The position numbers were made by a program, and so were the translations under genes. From positions 6,882,001 through 6,946,000 of the forward strand of contig NC_043002.1 of NCBI RefSeq assembly GCF_006345805.1: DNA of 64,000 bases. Reading direction: 5' to 3'. The notes below the pieces were generated by a model. The model did not search any database and was not told the DNA's origin. It saw only the letters and a program-made list of their open reading frames with translations. This DNA is from Octopus sinensis. Lineage: Eukaryota. Position 1 is the first letter of the stretch; each line of letters opens with the position of its first letter. Shown here piece by piece: positions 12,099 to 24,727 of this stretch.

Positions 12099-13144
12099 GC
12101 AAGAGATATTGCTTTATTTGCTTTCCTGATTCTATTTTGTGATGCAACACGATCAGCTTTGCTTTCCACTCCACTAAAACAAGTCGTACCTGTCATGCAA
12201 TTGGATTGATTCATCGGTATATTTGTCTCTGTCACCAAAATGTTGCTTTTATGCTTAGTAATTCAAAAGAAATTAATAGATCGATTCGTTGTAGCTAAAT
12301 GAGATATTTTCAGATAAAATTCGAAACCGATATCACAAGGCCATTTCTGTACATTTGCTATTACAAAATTCTTCCTGCTATCACAAAATTCTAATGTCCG
12401 TCTTTATCATGCCATGGAACCAATTTATATCAAGCTCGGAACAAGTGATGCAAATCTCTGTTTAAATTGTTGTTTTTGTTGATTTTTCGCTCTTTCGTTT
12501 CATTTCACGTAATCAAAGGGTGCCATTTTCTGTTGACGCTATACATGAAACAGAATTTGAATACTGAATAATTTAATGCCGATACCCCAGTAGAATGCTT
12601 TTATCAGACCAGATACTCATCTCTTATATTGACACTTTTTCGACAAAATGGTCAATTGAGATTGGCGTATCGTTCCTCTGCTAGTTTTCATCACTATACA
12701 TATAACCTGATTACACAGATACCCCGCGTCAACTTGATTAGATAAAACTGGAGCCCTATGAGGTAGACATAGATAATTTATACGAATTATATTATGACTT
12801 ATGTTCTCCACTGTGTTTTACGAGTGAATGTATCGCGTTTCCATAAATAACTTACTAGATATACATACTATGAATCTGGTGATGAAACATTCCATGATTA
12901 ATTGGCTAACTGTGATTTAAAGAATACTTAATCACAAACTACTTTGATAAACAGTTGGGCATACGGAATAATATTCGACTGAAGGTTTTAGGGGAAAAAA
13001 TTATATTGAGAGACATGGCTACCAATTCATGCGAAAGCAACAAACAGTCGTTCGGCCTCTTCTCCCCCACCCGCTTCTGCTCCATTGCTTCTCACTTTTC
13101 CCTGATTCCTTCACTATTCATCTTTTCTCTCTTTCCCTCTCAGA

Positions 13145-13162
13145 TATACATACATACATGCG

Positions 13163-13237
<75 letters not shown>

Positions 13238-13620
13238 ATATGAGAGAGAGGTATTGCGTATATATACGTATGTGTGAGTGCATGTACTGTGTTTGTTCAT
13301 GTTCATAACATAAATATGGCATATATATAATATGTATATATATTATATATATGTGTGTGTTTGTGTGTGTGTGTAATTATGTACGTATCCATCTACCTAT
13401 CTATTGAGATATATATTTAATACATATATACATATGTATATTCATATATATACATATATACATACATATATATATATATTATATATATATATACACGTAT
13501 ATATATATATGTGTATATATATATATACATACATATATAGATGCATATACATATATACATACAAATACATATCTACACACACACACACACATATACATAG
13601 GCATTTATATTATGAGACAT
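13145..13620. repeat. (TA)n/(CA)n/(TG)n low-complexity block
   Basis: Read directly. Confidence 0.93.
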
Positions 13621-14087
13621 AGAAGTACACGAATATATATATATATATTTGTGCATGTGTGAGGTAGGGTGTGTATATGTGGCAGTCTGCGTGTGAGCGT
13701 ATGGATATCAAATATAACATTCATAATCATACATGCACGTATATTTCTAAGCACAATGATGGTAGACCTGACTAATGAAATTTAGTATTCCGAAAAGACA
13801 AAGGACAAAAGTCTTTGGAGGCGAGGAGCAATTTCCAACAGATAGCATGGGATTCGGTTAAAAAAATTATACCGGGACAATTTATAGAATGTGGTAACTA
13901 CCATGTTAGTTTCTTTTTCCAATGCTAATAAGTATTTTCCCTCATAGCTAAACTATAACGAAGTCGCATTGATACCTGTTATAGCAAACGTTTATAGTGC
14001 AAAACTGGAGTATTAAGTCAAGCCTGTGTCATTACATTATAGTAGGGAAGCATGCACAAGTTTCTTCGTGCAGAAGACATGACACAT

Positions 14088-14500
14088 ACTCTTTACTCTT
14101 TTACTCTTTTACTTGTTTCAGTCATTTGACTGCGGCCATGCTGGAGCACCGCCTTTAGTCGAGCAAATCGACCCCGGGACTTATTCTTTGTAAGCCCAGT
14201 ACTTATTCTATCGGTCTTCTTTGCCGAACCGCTAAGTTACGGGGACGTAAACACACCAGCATCGGTTGTCAAGCAATGCTAGGGGGTCAAACACAGATAC
14301 GCAAACACACACATACATATATATATATATACATATATACGACAGGCTTCTTTCAGTTTCCGTCTACCAAATCCACTCACAAGGCATTGGTCGGCCCGGG
14401 GCTATAGCAGAAGACACTTGCCCAAGATGCCACGCAGTGGGACTGAACCCGGAACTATGTGGTTGGTTAGCAAGGTACTTCCCACACAGCCGCTCCTGCG
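14088..14500 (-). mobile_element. SINE family A, full length
   Basis: Colinear with the 8104 copy, with the head ending cagccgctcctgcg on +. Confidence 0.92.
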
Positions 14501-15084
14501 TCAAAAGACAGAAACAGCGTTAGTAACGCCAAATACTATACGAGGGAGGATGCCACAAATAACAAGGTGCAGAGGAAGAGTGGTTGTTATAATCGGGCCA
14601 AGTTTACTATACTCGCATCCCTTGTGACCACTAACAGATTCTGCAAACCCACAAACGAGTCATCAAGAGATCTTGTACGAGTGAGTATTCGAAGGATTCG
14701 CAATTCTAGAAAGGAAAACAAGTTTGGTTGCAGCTCGAATGTGTCTGCAACCTCATGAACCCGCCATATCAAAGCTGAGTCTAAACAACAACAATGGAAG
14801 CTAAAGATAATGTGAGTGATTTCGGGCAACATCTTGGGTTCCTTTGCAATACTGACTCTACAAAACAACATCGATTTAACAATGGCGGATGCACAGTGTT
14901 CTTCGAACTGCTGTAAATAGCAGATAAAGGTCCCTAAAATCATGCCCTGCCGTCTTAAAGATGAGGATTCGTAATAAAATGCAGTCCCTGATATACAAAA
15001 TGACAACATGGATACTTTTAGAAATACTATGATCAAAAATATATTCAATCAGAGTTGATGCTGAGTGGGGCAAAACAACTACAT

Positions 15085-15260
15085 GTGCAGATTTGGATAT
15101 GTGGTTAAGAAACTCGCTTCGCAACCACGTGGTTTCGAGTTCATTACTAGTGTTGGATAGTTTATATAAGTATTCAATATAGACCTGGGCTGACCAATGC
15201 CTCGGGAGTGAATATGGTGGGCAGAAACTCTGAGGAAGCTCATATATATATACATATTGA

Positions 15261-15294
<34 letters not shown>

Positions 15295-15480
15295 AACATG
15301 TATGTATATATGTATGTGTCCCTACCATCGCTTGACAACCAATGTTGGTTATTTGCGTCTCTGTAACTTCGCGGTTCGGCGAAAGAGTAAGATAGAATAG
15401 TACCTAACTTAAAACTAAGTTCTGGGTCTGATTTGTGCGACTAAGCCTTGAATACTATGCCCCATCATGGCCCCAGTCCA
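15085..15480 (+). mobile_element. SINE family A, old diverged copy
   Basis: Decayed head gtggttaagaaactcgcttcgcaaccacgtggtttcgagttc; internal TG tract; cgcttgacaacc...cggttcggcgaaagag. Confidence 0.7.
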
Positions 15481-16014
15481 AGAATATATAAGAATAAAAA
15501 TATAAGAATAAAGATATAAGAATAAAAATAATAAAGTGACAACTAGTTCACCCAATATGTGTATGCGAGCGCACGCGCCCGTGTTTCTCTCTGTGTAGCA
15601 AGTCTGCCGAGTTCTGTACGTCTGTATAAACTCTGAACTATTATCCTCAACTCGTCATTTCCTTAGTTTGATACCGTTGCCATATATTTTGATACGTTTT
15701 GGCGATGTTTTAATTCGTTTTGCTAATTCGGCTTAATTTATATTCTCAATTCATCATTTAAAATTTTTTTCTATTCCCCAGTTATGACTTGATTCTTATT
15801 TGCCGTACATGGAAAAAGAAACGATACACTCATACCATTAAGCGCATGCGTGAATTACGGTACCACCTTTAAATACTATAACTCATTCCACTACCTTATT
15901 AGGTCAATGCAAGCAGTTGTGACACAGCTTGTCATTATTCTATTTTTGTATTTTTAAGGACCAACTGACCCCGTCATGAATAGCAAGAAGTTAAATATAA
16001 GATAAAAGGTAAAA

Positions 16015-16360
16015 AAAAAGAGGTAAAGATCCCACTTCGGTAATGAATGGCAATGGGATTGCACCTAGACAGTTGCCCTCCGAGGCACAAGTCCGGGCAA
16101 GGTTGTTTAAGGAAGACCAGCAGTCGCCCATGTTTACCAGCCTCCCCTTTTCATACCACTGATGTTATCCAAGGGAAAAGCAAAGGCCGATACAGCTTGG
16201 CACCAGTAACATTGCAACTAATTTCTACAGCTGAATGAACTGGAGCAACGAGAATTAAAAGTGCCTTGCTCAAGAACACAGCACACAACCCGGTCAAGGA
16301 ATCGAACTCTCTACCTCATGATTGTGATCCCGGCACTCTTACCACTGAGCCATGCGCCTT
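16015..16360 (-). mobile_element. tRNA-derived SINE family D
   Basis: Minus strand gaaggcgcatggctcagtggtaagagtg...gagttcgattcc (A and B boxes), then a gtgttcttgagcaaggcactt...gctccagttcattcagctgtagaaat central domain of the CORE/Deu/Nin type (subtype not resolved). Confidence 0.8.
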
Positions 16361-17117
16361 CATAAATACAGGATATTACTTTGATATAAAAATCGATACT
16401 CTAGTAAAAGAAATTCAAGCAAATAAGAGGTTCTTCATATGTTGAAGCAGAAAAATGCTGATATATTCATACAACCTTGTGCTTAACGTTCTTTACATCT
16501 AAGGCGTGCAACTAACTACCATACAAACAGTCTTTGTATGGATGTATTCGAGAATCAGTTCTTTTGTTTATCTACTCCACATATTCCCCACCCCAGTTAA
16601 TTCTTCTAGCGCTACGTTCCAGAAAACCTTGCGTAATGTATTTTGCTGACGAACATATTCAATGATTTCCATGAAACGTGGAACGGATTAAGACAACATT
16701 TCCAAGAACGCAAAGATATTGTGGCTATGGCATGCAAATAGTTATGCACTCTCAGCGTATAAAGATCTCACTTAAAGGAACTATGACGACTCTTAGGATG
16801 TTCTGGTGTATCGAGTTACCATACACACACACACACACACAGACACACACACACACAAGCATACATGACTACATACACATGCATACATACCAACACACAT
16901 ACATATAATGTAAAGGTATATATATATATATATATTAGAAAAAAAGGGATTAAAAAATCGAGACAGATGTCAATAAAATACTCAGGTTTAAACGAATTTG
17001 GTTTTAAATATATATGGTATATATGTATGTATGTATTTATATGTACATATATATAGTATTATATATAGTATTTATATACATATATATGTGTGTGTGTACA
17101 GTATTATATATAAATAG

Positions 17118-17153
<36 letters not shown>

Positions 17154-17360
17154 ATATATATAATAGAAATATTAAAATTACTAAGTCTCTCTAAAAGAGA
17201 ACAACGGCAGCGTTTCCGGAAAATAATAGTTATCGCCATACTAATATGGCATTCTTATAAAAATAAGAATAAAGCTGTCCGCTTATTAGCTCCTTGAGGC
17301 CATCGCCTTAAGTTAGCTATTTGATACACAAACTGTATCCATATAACCTTCGAACAAGGG

Positions 17361-17413
<53 letters not shown>

Positions 17414-17417
17414 CATA

Positions 17418-17722
17418 GGAGGCGCAATGGTCTAGTGGTTAGAGTAGCGGACTCGCGGTCGTAGGATCGCGGTTTCGATTCTCAGACCGGGCGTTGTGAG
17501 TGTTTATTGAGCGAAAACACCTAAAAGCTCCACGAGGCACCGGCAGGGGATGGTGATCCCTGCTGTACTCTTTCACCACAACTTTCTCTCACTCTTTCTT
17601 CTGTTGGCCTGCTCGCTTAGCCAGCGGCGTAGCGTCATTCGAAGGCTAAAACAATGCGAACGCATTGTGACCAGCGATGTGTAGCAACATCTGATGGTCT
17701 GGTCGGTCACGTGATCACGTGA
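17418..17722 (+). mobile_element. SINE family B, short-tail variant
   Basis: Head ggaggcgcaatggtctagtggttagagtagcggactcgcggtcgtaggatcgcggtttcgattc; tail ...ctgatggtctggtcggtcacgtgatcacgtga; same variant at 31905. Confidence 0.9.
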
Positions 17723-17929
17723 TATATATATATACATATATATATACATATATATGTCAGTATGAACATATATGTATGTATATATGCCTATATATATATA
17801 TATTGATAAAAACGGTAAGACAACAAAAAAAAAGAGACCTCGATATTATGTAATTAGAGGAATTTATCTGTAAATGTAATATGTGACAATTATTCGGTAG
17901 CCATGATAAAACACCGAGTTTTATGACCG

Positions 17930-17990
17930 GATAACTGAAGAGATGGCGGCGTGGATTTCCACCGGAGCATCCGAAACTCGGAGTTTTATC
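17930..17990 (+). ncRNA. Type I hammerhead ribozyme motif (family H1) within a 166-bp palindromic element
   Basis: Stem I GATAA/TTATC, core CTGAAGA, stem II GATG/CATC with a 1-nt bulge, GAAA, stem III ACT/AGT, cleavage triplet GTT. Confidence 0.7.
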
Positions 17991-18042
17991 ATGGCTACCG
18001 AATAATTATCACATATTGCATTTACAGATATGTATATATATA

Positions 18043-18218
18043 TAACGGGAAGCTTTATGAAAATAAACAAAGGACGAAGGCAGGTAGAATACAAACAAAC
18101 AATTGTATTAGTATGGCGCTCAAGAATATAAATAAAACAAGTCTTTTACGTTTCGAGCCTACGCTCTTCAACAGAAAGATACACAGAAAAGAACACGGGG
18201 AGAAACAAGGAGAGGAAA

Positions 18219-18220
<2 letters not shown>
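18043..18220 (-). mobile_element. Short TA-embedded element carrying a hammerhead-like motif (family H2; motif at 18142-18179)
   Basis: Minus strand TCTTT CTGTTGA A GAGC-GTAG-GCTC GAAAC GTA AAAGA; related copies at 19261 and 61416. Confidence 0.7.
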
Positions 18221-18317
<97 letters not shown>

Positions 18318-18329
18318 GATTGAACACCA

Positions 18330-18660
18330 CGCATCCAATTCCATGCGTTAGATGTTACACGTGTTAAGTCTTGTAAACCTGAAATACGCAATGAAGAGTC
18401 ATACATGTTTCCACAAAATTCGCTACCTTCTCGCAAAACCCACGCAAGCAAGAATGGGTCTTAGACATTCTTTATGATCATATAACTCCAAAATAGTAAT
18501 GACCTCTAAACACGCCAGGTTTAAATGCCACGAACTACTACGTTTGGAGCTTTGTTAAAAGGGAGACCAATCGACATTCTCACAATAACATGGCTTCACT
18601 GACGGCCGCCATTATCCAGGGGATAAATGAATATGGACCACTTACTGCTGTCATATATAT
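18330..18660 (+). pseudogene. Tc1/mariner (DD37D/maT-like) transposase C-terminal remnant
   Basis: EWVLDILYDHITPK***PLNTPGLNATNYYVWSFVKRETNRHSHN, a decayed WPPNSPDLNPLDYYVW..V.R motif. Confidence 0.75.
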
Positions 18661-19260
18661 TATGTCAGTGGCACATTGAAGTAATCAATGAAGCTGAAGT
18701 AATGTTCATAAAATAACCTCATAAGAAAACCTATCGAAAATGTTCACAAAATTTTATGAAAATACATTTGGTTTTTGCAAGATTAGATTTGTATAAATAA
18801 CCAAATATGTCGTCGAATTGTCTTCAATTACATTTTGGTCCCGGTGTGCGTGTGTGTGTGTGTACGCGTGTGTCTGTGCCTGCGTATCGACGAAACTGAG
18901 AACTGCCGAGGCAGTTATTTATTTAATAAGATGTCAAATATGTATTGAAATAAGTCAAGCCGATTTAGCTATACTACTAACAATAGTAGAGTCAACTGCA
19001 ATTTCATAGATTTCAGTTAAGACTAAAGTAAGTGGTGATCGAAAGACACTTTAAACTATATAGTTCGGTCAACCCGCTTTTATTCTGCACGATGAGGTTA
19101 TAGAAACATCACAAATGTTTACGATTAACTAATGTATTTAATAATTTTACAAAAATAGTCAATATTTTCCAATTTTTATATCGATAAATACACATGCATA
19201 CTTTCATACAAACATACAAACAAAGGCGTATACGTGAGTGTAGATCGTTAACCACTACAC

Positions 19261-19432
19261 ACATTTTTTTCTCTCCTTGTTCTCCCCCTGTTTTTTTTTC
19301 TGTGTCCCTTTCTGTAGAAGAGCGTAGCCTCGAAACCTAAAAAGCTTTTTCTATCCCTGAGCGTTATACTAATACATCTGTTTGTTTTGTACACCACCTG
19401 TCTTCGTCTTTTGTTTTTTTCGTAAACCCTCC
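19261..19432 (+). mobile_element. Family H2 short element, second copy
   Basis: CTTT CTGTAGA A GAGC GTAG CCTC GAAAC CTA AAAAG at 19308-19344; flanks match the 61416 copy. Confidence 0.7.
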
Positions 19433-19475
19433 CAGTGTATATATCTATATCTATATCTATCTATCAGTCTGTCTG

Positions 19476-19511
<36 letters not shown>

Positions 19512-19539
19512 CTATCTATCTATCTATCTATCTATCTCC

Positions 19540-19655
<116 letters not shown>

Positions 19656-20139
19656 GTATATATATTATACACACGTATACGCCTGTGTATGTTTGTATGT
19701 AAGTATGCATGTGTATAAACACACACACGCGCGCGCATACACACAGAAGGACATATTTAATATTTCTAATACGTTCTGAATGATCGAAACGTGGATATCT
19801 ATTGTTTTTCGGTGATTTTTCTTTCGGGGGAGGGGTCACCAGAGGAGAAACGCCTCCTCCCTTTACGCGACGCGCGCTGATTAACTGCAGTGTTTCGACC
19901 TCGTTGTCTCTTTCCTCAGTCAATGCTACACAGCCATAATGATACTCAAAATTCTCTTACGCTGGGGAATCACGTTCTGTTACAAGCACACATCGTTGAA
20001 TGGACGTAGGATGCTCTTCGTGAACGAAAATCAACAACGGTTAAAATATTCACGTTCGAATCTGCCAGAACGCATTGTTAAGAAGGAACGGATGCTTTAT
20101 CGTTTGGAATCCCGCTGTTCTTCTTGCAGCGCATGAAAT

Positions 20140-21050
20140 ATATGTATATGTATGTGTGTATACGTGTGTATATGTATGTATATGTGAATGGGTACGTGTG
20201 AGGGAGTGTATGTGTGTGTGTGTATGTGTGTGTGTTTCTGTGTCTGTGTGTGTTTGTGTGCGTGTATATGTATGTGTATGTGAATGGGTACGTGTGTCCG
20301 TTTCTGCATGAGTGTTTGTGTCTGTACGGGTACGTGTGTGAGTGTGTGTGTGTGTGTGTGTACACGTGTGTGTGTGTGTGTGTATAGGTGTGTATATGTA
20401 TGTGTATGTGAATGGGTACGTGTGTCCGTTTCTGCATGAGTGTTTGTGTCTGTACGGGTACGTGTGTGAGTGTGTGTGTGTGTGTACACGTGTGTGTGGT
20501 GTGTGTGTGTGTATATAGGTGTGTACATGTATGTGTATGTGAATGGATACGTGTGTCCGTTTCTGCATGAGTGTTTGTGTCTGTACGGGTACGTGTGTGA
20601 GTGTGTGTGTGTGTGTGTACACGTGTGTGTGTGTACACGTGTGTGTGTGTATAGGTGTGTATATGTATGTGTATGTGAATGGGTACGTGTGTCCGTTTCT
20701 GCATGAGTGTTTGTGTCTGTACGAGTACGTGTGTGTGTGTGTGTGTGTGTGGTTGTGTCTGTACGGGTACATGAGTGAGTGTGTGTGTGTGTTGTGTGTG
20801 TGTGTGTCTGTGTCTGTGTCTGTGTGTGTTTGTGTCTGTACGGGTACGTGTGTGAGTGTGTGTGTGTGTGTGTGTGTCTGTGTGTGTTTGTGTGCGTGTA
20901 TATGTACGTGTATGTGAATGGGTACGTGTGTCCGTTTCTGCATGAGTGTTTGTGTCTGTACGGGCACGTGTGTGTGTGTGTGTGTGTGTGTGGTTGTGTC
21001 TGTACGGGTACGTGTGTGTGTGGTGTGTGCTTGTGTACGTGTGTGTGTAT
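20140..21050. repeat. TG-rich compound minisatellite, about 130-bp unit
   Basis: Anchor gaatgg(g/a)tac at 20186, 20282, 20410, 20541, 20677 and 20916, separated by variable (TG)n. Confidence 0.92.
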
Positions 21051-21519
21051 TCGTATAAAGATTGCTATCTATGACTTATTTGTTCACCACTATCCGTATG
21101 AAAACACTGTGCCATGGTTTGGTTGTCTTAAATACAGGAAGTAACGACAGCAATAATATTCCTTTCTCCTCCGACACGAAAAGACGCTTGTGTAAACATT
21201 AGCATGCTATAAATCCAGTCCAACACTCGTTCATATTTCCTTGACCTTACCGAGATGCTCATATTAGCATCTCTTTAAGACCATTTGATTCGTATTTTCT
21301 CTCCTTTTAGGACTTGCTTTATGGCCTAAAATATTTCTGTTTCTTCTCTTTCGCGAATTTTCTGCAGACATTTTTTTTTTATCTCTCGCCTTTTCCTTTA
21401 TTTTTCTGTTCGTTACTTTTTTACGTGTTCGTGTTCCTGTGTAGGTGAGAGTTTTTTATATTATTTTATGTATGTTTTCTTTATATTTTTGTCATTAACA
21501 GTATTATTATTAACTCCAC

Positions 21520-21870
21520 CGTCGTCGTCGTCGTCGTTGTTGTTGTTTTTGTTGTGTTGTTATTGCTGTTGTTGTTGTTGTTGTTGTTGTCTTCTTATTC
21601 TTTCTTCTTCTTCGTCTTCTTAGTTTCGTCTTTTCGTTTCTTATTCTTCTTCTTCTCTTCTTCTTCGTTTTCTTCGTTTTCTTCGTCTTTCGTCTTCTTC
21701 TTCTTTGTCTTAGTCTTCGTCTTTTCTCCTTTCTTCTTCTTCTTCTTCGTTCTTTTCTTCTTCTCTTCTTCTTCTTCTTCTTCTTCTTCTTCTTCTCCTT
21801 CTTCTCTTCTTTTCTTCTCTTCCTCCTTCCTCTCTCTCCTCCTCCTCATTCTTCTTCTCTTCTCTTTCTT
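21520..21870. repeat. (GTT)n/(CTT)n low-complexity tract
   Basis: Read directly. Confidence 0.92.
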
Positions 21871-22387
21871 CAGTAGTGGTAGTTGTAGCAGAAGCCTTAA
21901 GAGCAACAACAGTAAAGGCAGGAACAGTAAGATAATCGTCAAATAATCCGTGGACTCAATCTACCACGGAGAGAAACTTACTATTCCCGCTTAATGCCAG
22001 CTAAATCAACAAAAATAAAAAAACACAAGGACATTAGCATCATCATTAAGCCCATCACCATCGAAAGCAGCATCAACAGCAGGAACAACAACAATAACCG
22101 AAAGGTATAACAACAACAACGCCCACAAACCTCTAGAAATAACAAATGAAACCCTAAGAAAACAACAGCGGTTACTAGGCAAATAAAGGGTAACAGCTAT
22201 CCCTTAGTAAAAGAGCATTAAAACCGTAAAAGAAAATAATTTAACCCTGTTCAGTTGTTGAACCTCTACAAAGTTTAAGTGCGATCCACATTGGAACACT
22301 GGGAGCTACCTGATGAGATGTTGCTTCTGATACGAACATCGTAACCCCCACTAAAAGATGTTCAAATACTCACTACCGTGCTATAAT

Positions 22388-23522
22388 CTATTTCTTTACT
22401 ACCCACGAGGGACTAAACACAGAGAGGACAAACAAGGACAGACAAACGGATTAAGCCGATTATATCGACCCCAGTGCGTAACTGGTACTTATTTAATCGA
22501 CCCCGAAAGGATGAAAGGCAAAGTCGACCAGGGCAGAAATTGAACTCAGAACGTAGCGGCAGACGAAATACATTTTTCTTTACTACTCACAAGGGGCTAA
22601 ACACAGAGAGGACAAACAATGACAGACAAACGGATTAAGCCGATTACATCGACCCCAGTGCGTAACTGGTACTTATTTAATCGACCCCGAAAGGATGAAA
22701 GGCAAAGTCGACCTCGGCGGAATTTGAATTCAGAACGTAGCGGCAGACGAAATACCTGTTTCTTTACTACTCACAAGGGGCTGAACACAGAGGAGACAAA
22801 CAAGGACAGACAAACGGATTAAGCCGATTATATCGACCCCAGTGCGTAACTGGTACTTATTTAATCGACCCCGAAAGGATGAAAGGCAAAGTCGACCTCG
22901 GCGGAATTTGAACTCAGAACGTAACGGCAGACGAAATACATGTTTCTTTACTACTCACAAGGGGCTAAATACAGAGAGGACAAACAAGGACAGACAAACG
23001 GATTAAGCCGATTATATCGACCCCAGTGCGTAACTGCTACTTATTTAATCGACCCCGAAAGGATGAAAGGCAAAGTCGACCTCGGCAGAATTTGAACTCA
23101 GAACGTAACGGCAGACGAAATACCTATTTCTTTACTACCCAAAAGAGGCTAGATACAGAGAGGGAAAACAAGGACAGACAAACGGATTAAGCCGATTATA
23201 TCGACCCCAGTGCGTAACTGGTACTTAATTTATCGACCCCGAAAGGATGAAAGGCAAAGTCGACATGGGCGGAATTTGAACTCAGAATGTAACGGCAGAC
23301 GAAATACCTATTTCTTTACTACCCACAAGAGGCTAGATACAGAGAGGGAAAACAAGGACAGACAAACGGATTAAGCCGATTATATCGACCCCAGTGCGTA
23401 ACTGGTACTTATTTAATCGACCCCGAAAAGATGAAAGGCAAAGTCGACCTCGGCGGAATTTGAACTCAGAACGTAACAGCAGACGAAATACGGCTAAGCA
23501 TTTCGCCTGGCGTGCTAACTGT
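22388..23522 (-). repeat. SINE family C hexamer array (six 184-bp units, one head)
   Basis: Anchor gaaa(g/a)gatgaaaggc at 22505, 22689, 22873, 23057, 23241 and 23425 (exact 184-bp period); partial head at about 23490-23522. Confidence 0.96.
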
Positions 23523-23765
23523 TCTACCATGCTATAACCACTAGGCCATATACACAGTAATCCTTTATTCTATTTCTGCTACTAATACTACAATCTTCTC
23601 TAAAATTTTCGAGGGAAATATTTCCTCCATCACTGAACAACTAATGTACGCGTCTCTTTTATTCGATCTTCAGTGTACGCAGATGAAACAGCATTAGATT
23701 AAAATAGTTATCTATATATCAAGCTAACTTATATACACCGTTAGCAGGTGTGATGTTGTAGCCTT

Positions 23766-24000
23766 AAGGCGGCGAGCTGGCAGAAACGTTAGCACGTTGG
23801 GTGAAATGCGTAGCCGTATTTCTTCTGCCGTTACGTACTGGGTTCAAATTCCGCCGAAGTCGAATTTGCCTTTCATCCTTTCGGGATCGATTAAATAAGT
23901 ACCAGTTATTCACTGATATCGATATAATCGACTTAATCCGTTTGTCTGTCCTTGTTTGTCCTCTCTGTGTTTAGCCCCTCGTAGGTAGTAAAGAAATAGG
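23766..24000 (+). mobile_element. SINE family C monomer
   Basis: Full head-core-tail; imperfect ~14-bp TSD aggtgt(g/t)atgttgt. Confidence 0.9.
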
Positions 24001-24044
24001 TGTTATGTTGTGGTTCTTGTCTGAAAGAAAATGTATCACCTCGA

Positions 24045-24150
24045 TCTCTTTTACTTTTTTTCAGTCATTAGACTGCGGCCATGCTGGGGCACTGCCTTGG
24101 AGAATCTTCAGTTGAATGAGCTTTATTTCTTAAGCCTGGTACCTATACGA
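24045..24150 (-). mobile_element. SINE family A tail fragment
   Basis: ttcagtcattagactgcggccatgctggggcactgcc. Confidence 0.7.
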
Positions 24151-24683
24151 TATAAATATTTTCACACAGAATGACAATGAAGGGATTTTCTCTCAGTCAA
24201 AACCGCAGCATCAAGCGTGTCGATGTATGTATACACATACATACATACATACATACATACATACATACATACATACATACATACATACGTACATACATAC
24301 ATACATACATACATACATACATACATACATAAATACACACATACACACATATATAAAAACATACATAAAAATACACACAAACACGGACACGCAAGCACAT
24401 AATATGCAGAATACATACATGCATATGCACACACACACACTGAACCCACACACACACTGACCCCCCACATGCGCAAAAACAACAAAAGGAACGCAGTGTA
24501 AAAATGAACAGAGTCAAGACTATTGAAAAGGTTGCAAGACGCAATGAAAATTTAGGAAAATGAAAATAAGAATAAGTGGATTTTACCGGTGAGTGTGTTA
24601 CTTATAAGGCACAAAAGAAAATGATTCTCCACAGACACAACAGTATATATATATATATATATATATATAATTATATATATAGT

Positions 24684-24727
<44 letters not shown>

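Noticed and set aside
20050-20967. 305-aa His/Thr-rich ORF and the many other ORFs over CA, TA, GATA and TAA tracts
   Set aside because: These are read-through of stop-free microsatellite frames with no domain content.
22388-23522. CRISPR-like or regularly spaced repeat array
   Set aside because: Units are near-identical over their whole length with no unique spacers; it is a SINE-derived tandem in a eukaryote.
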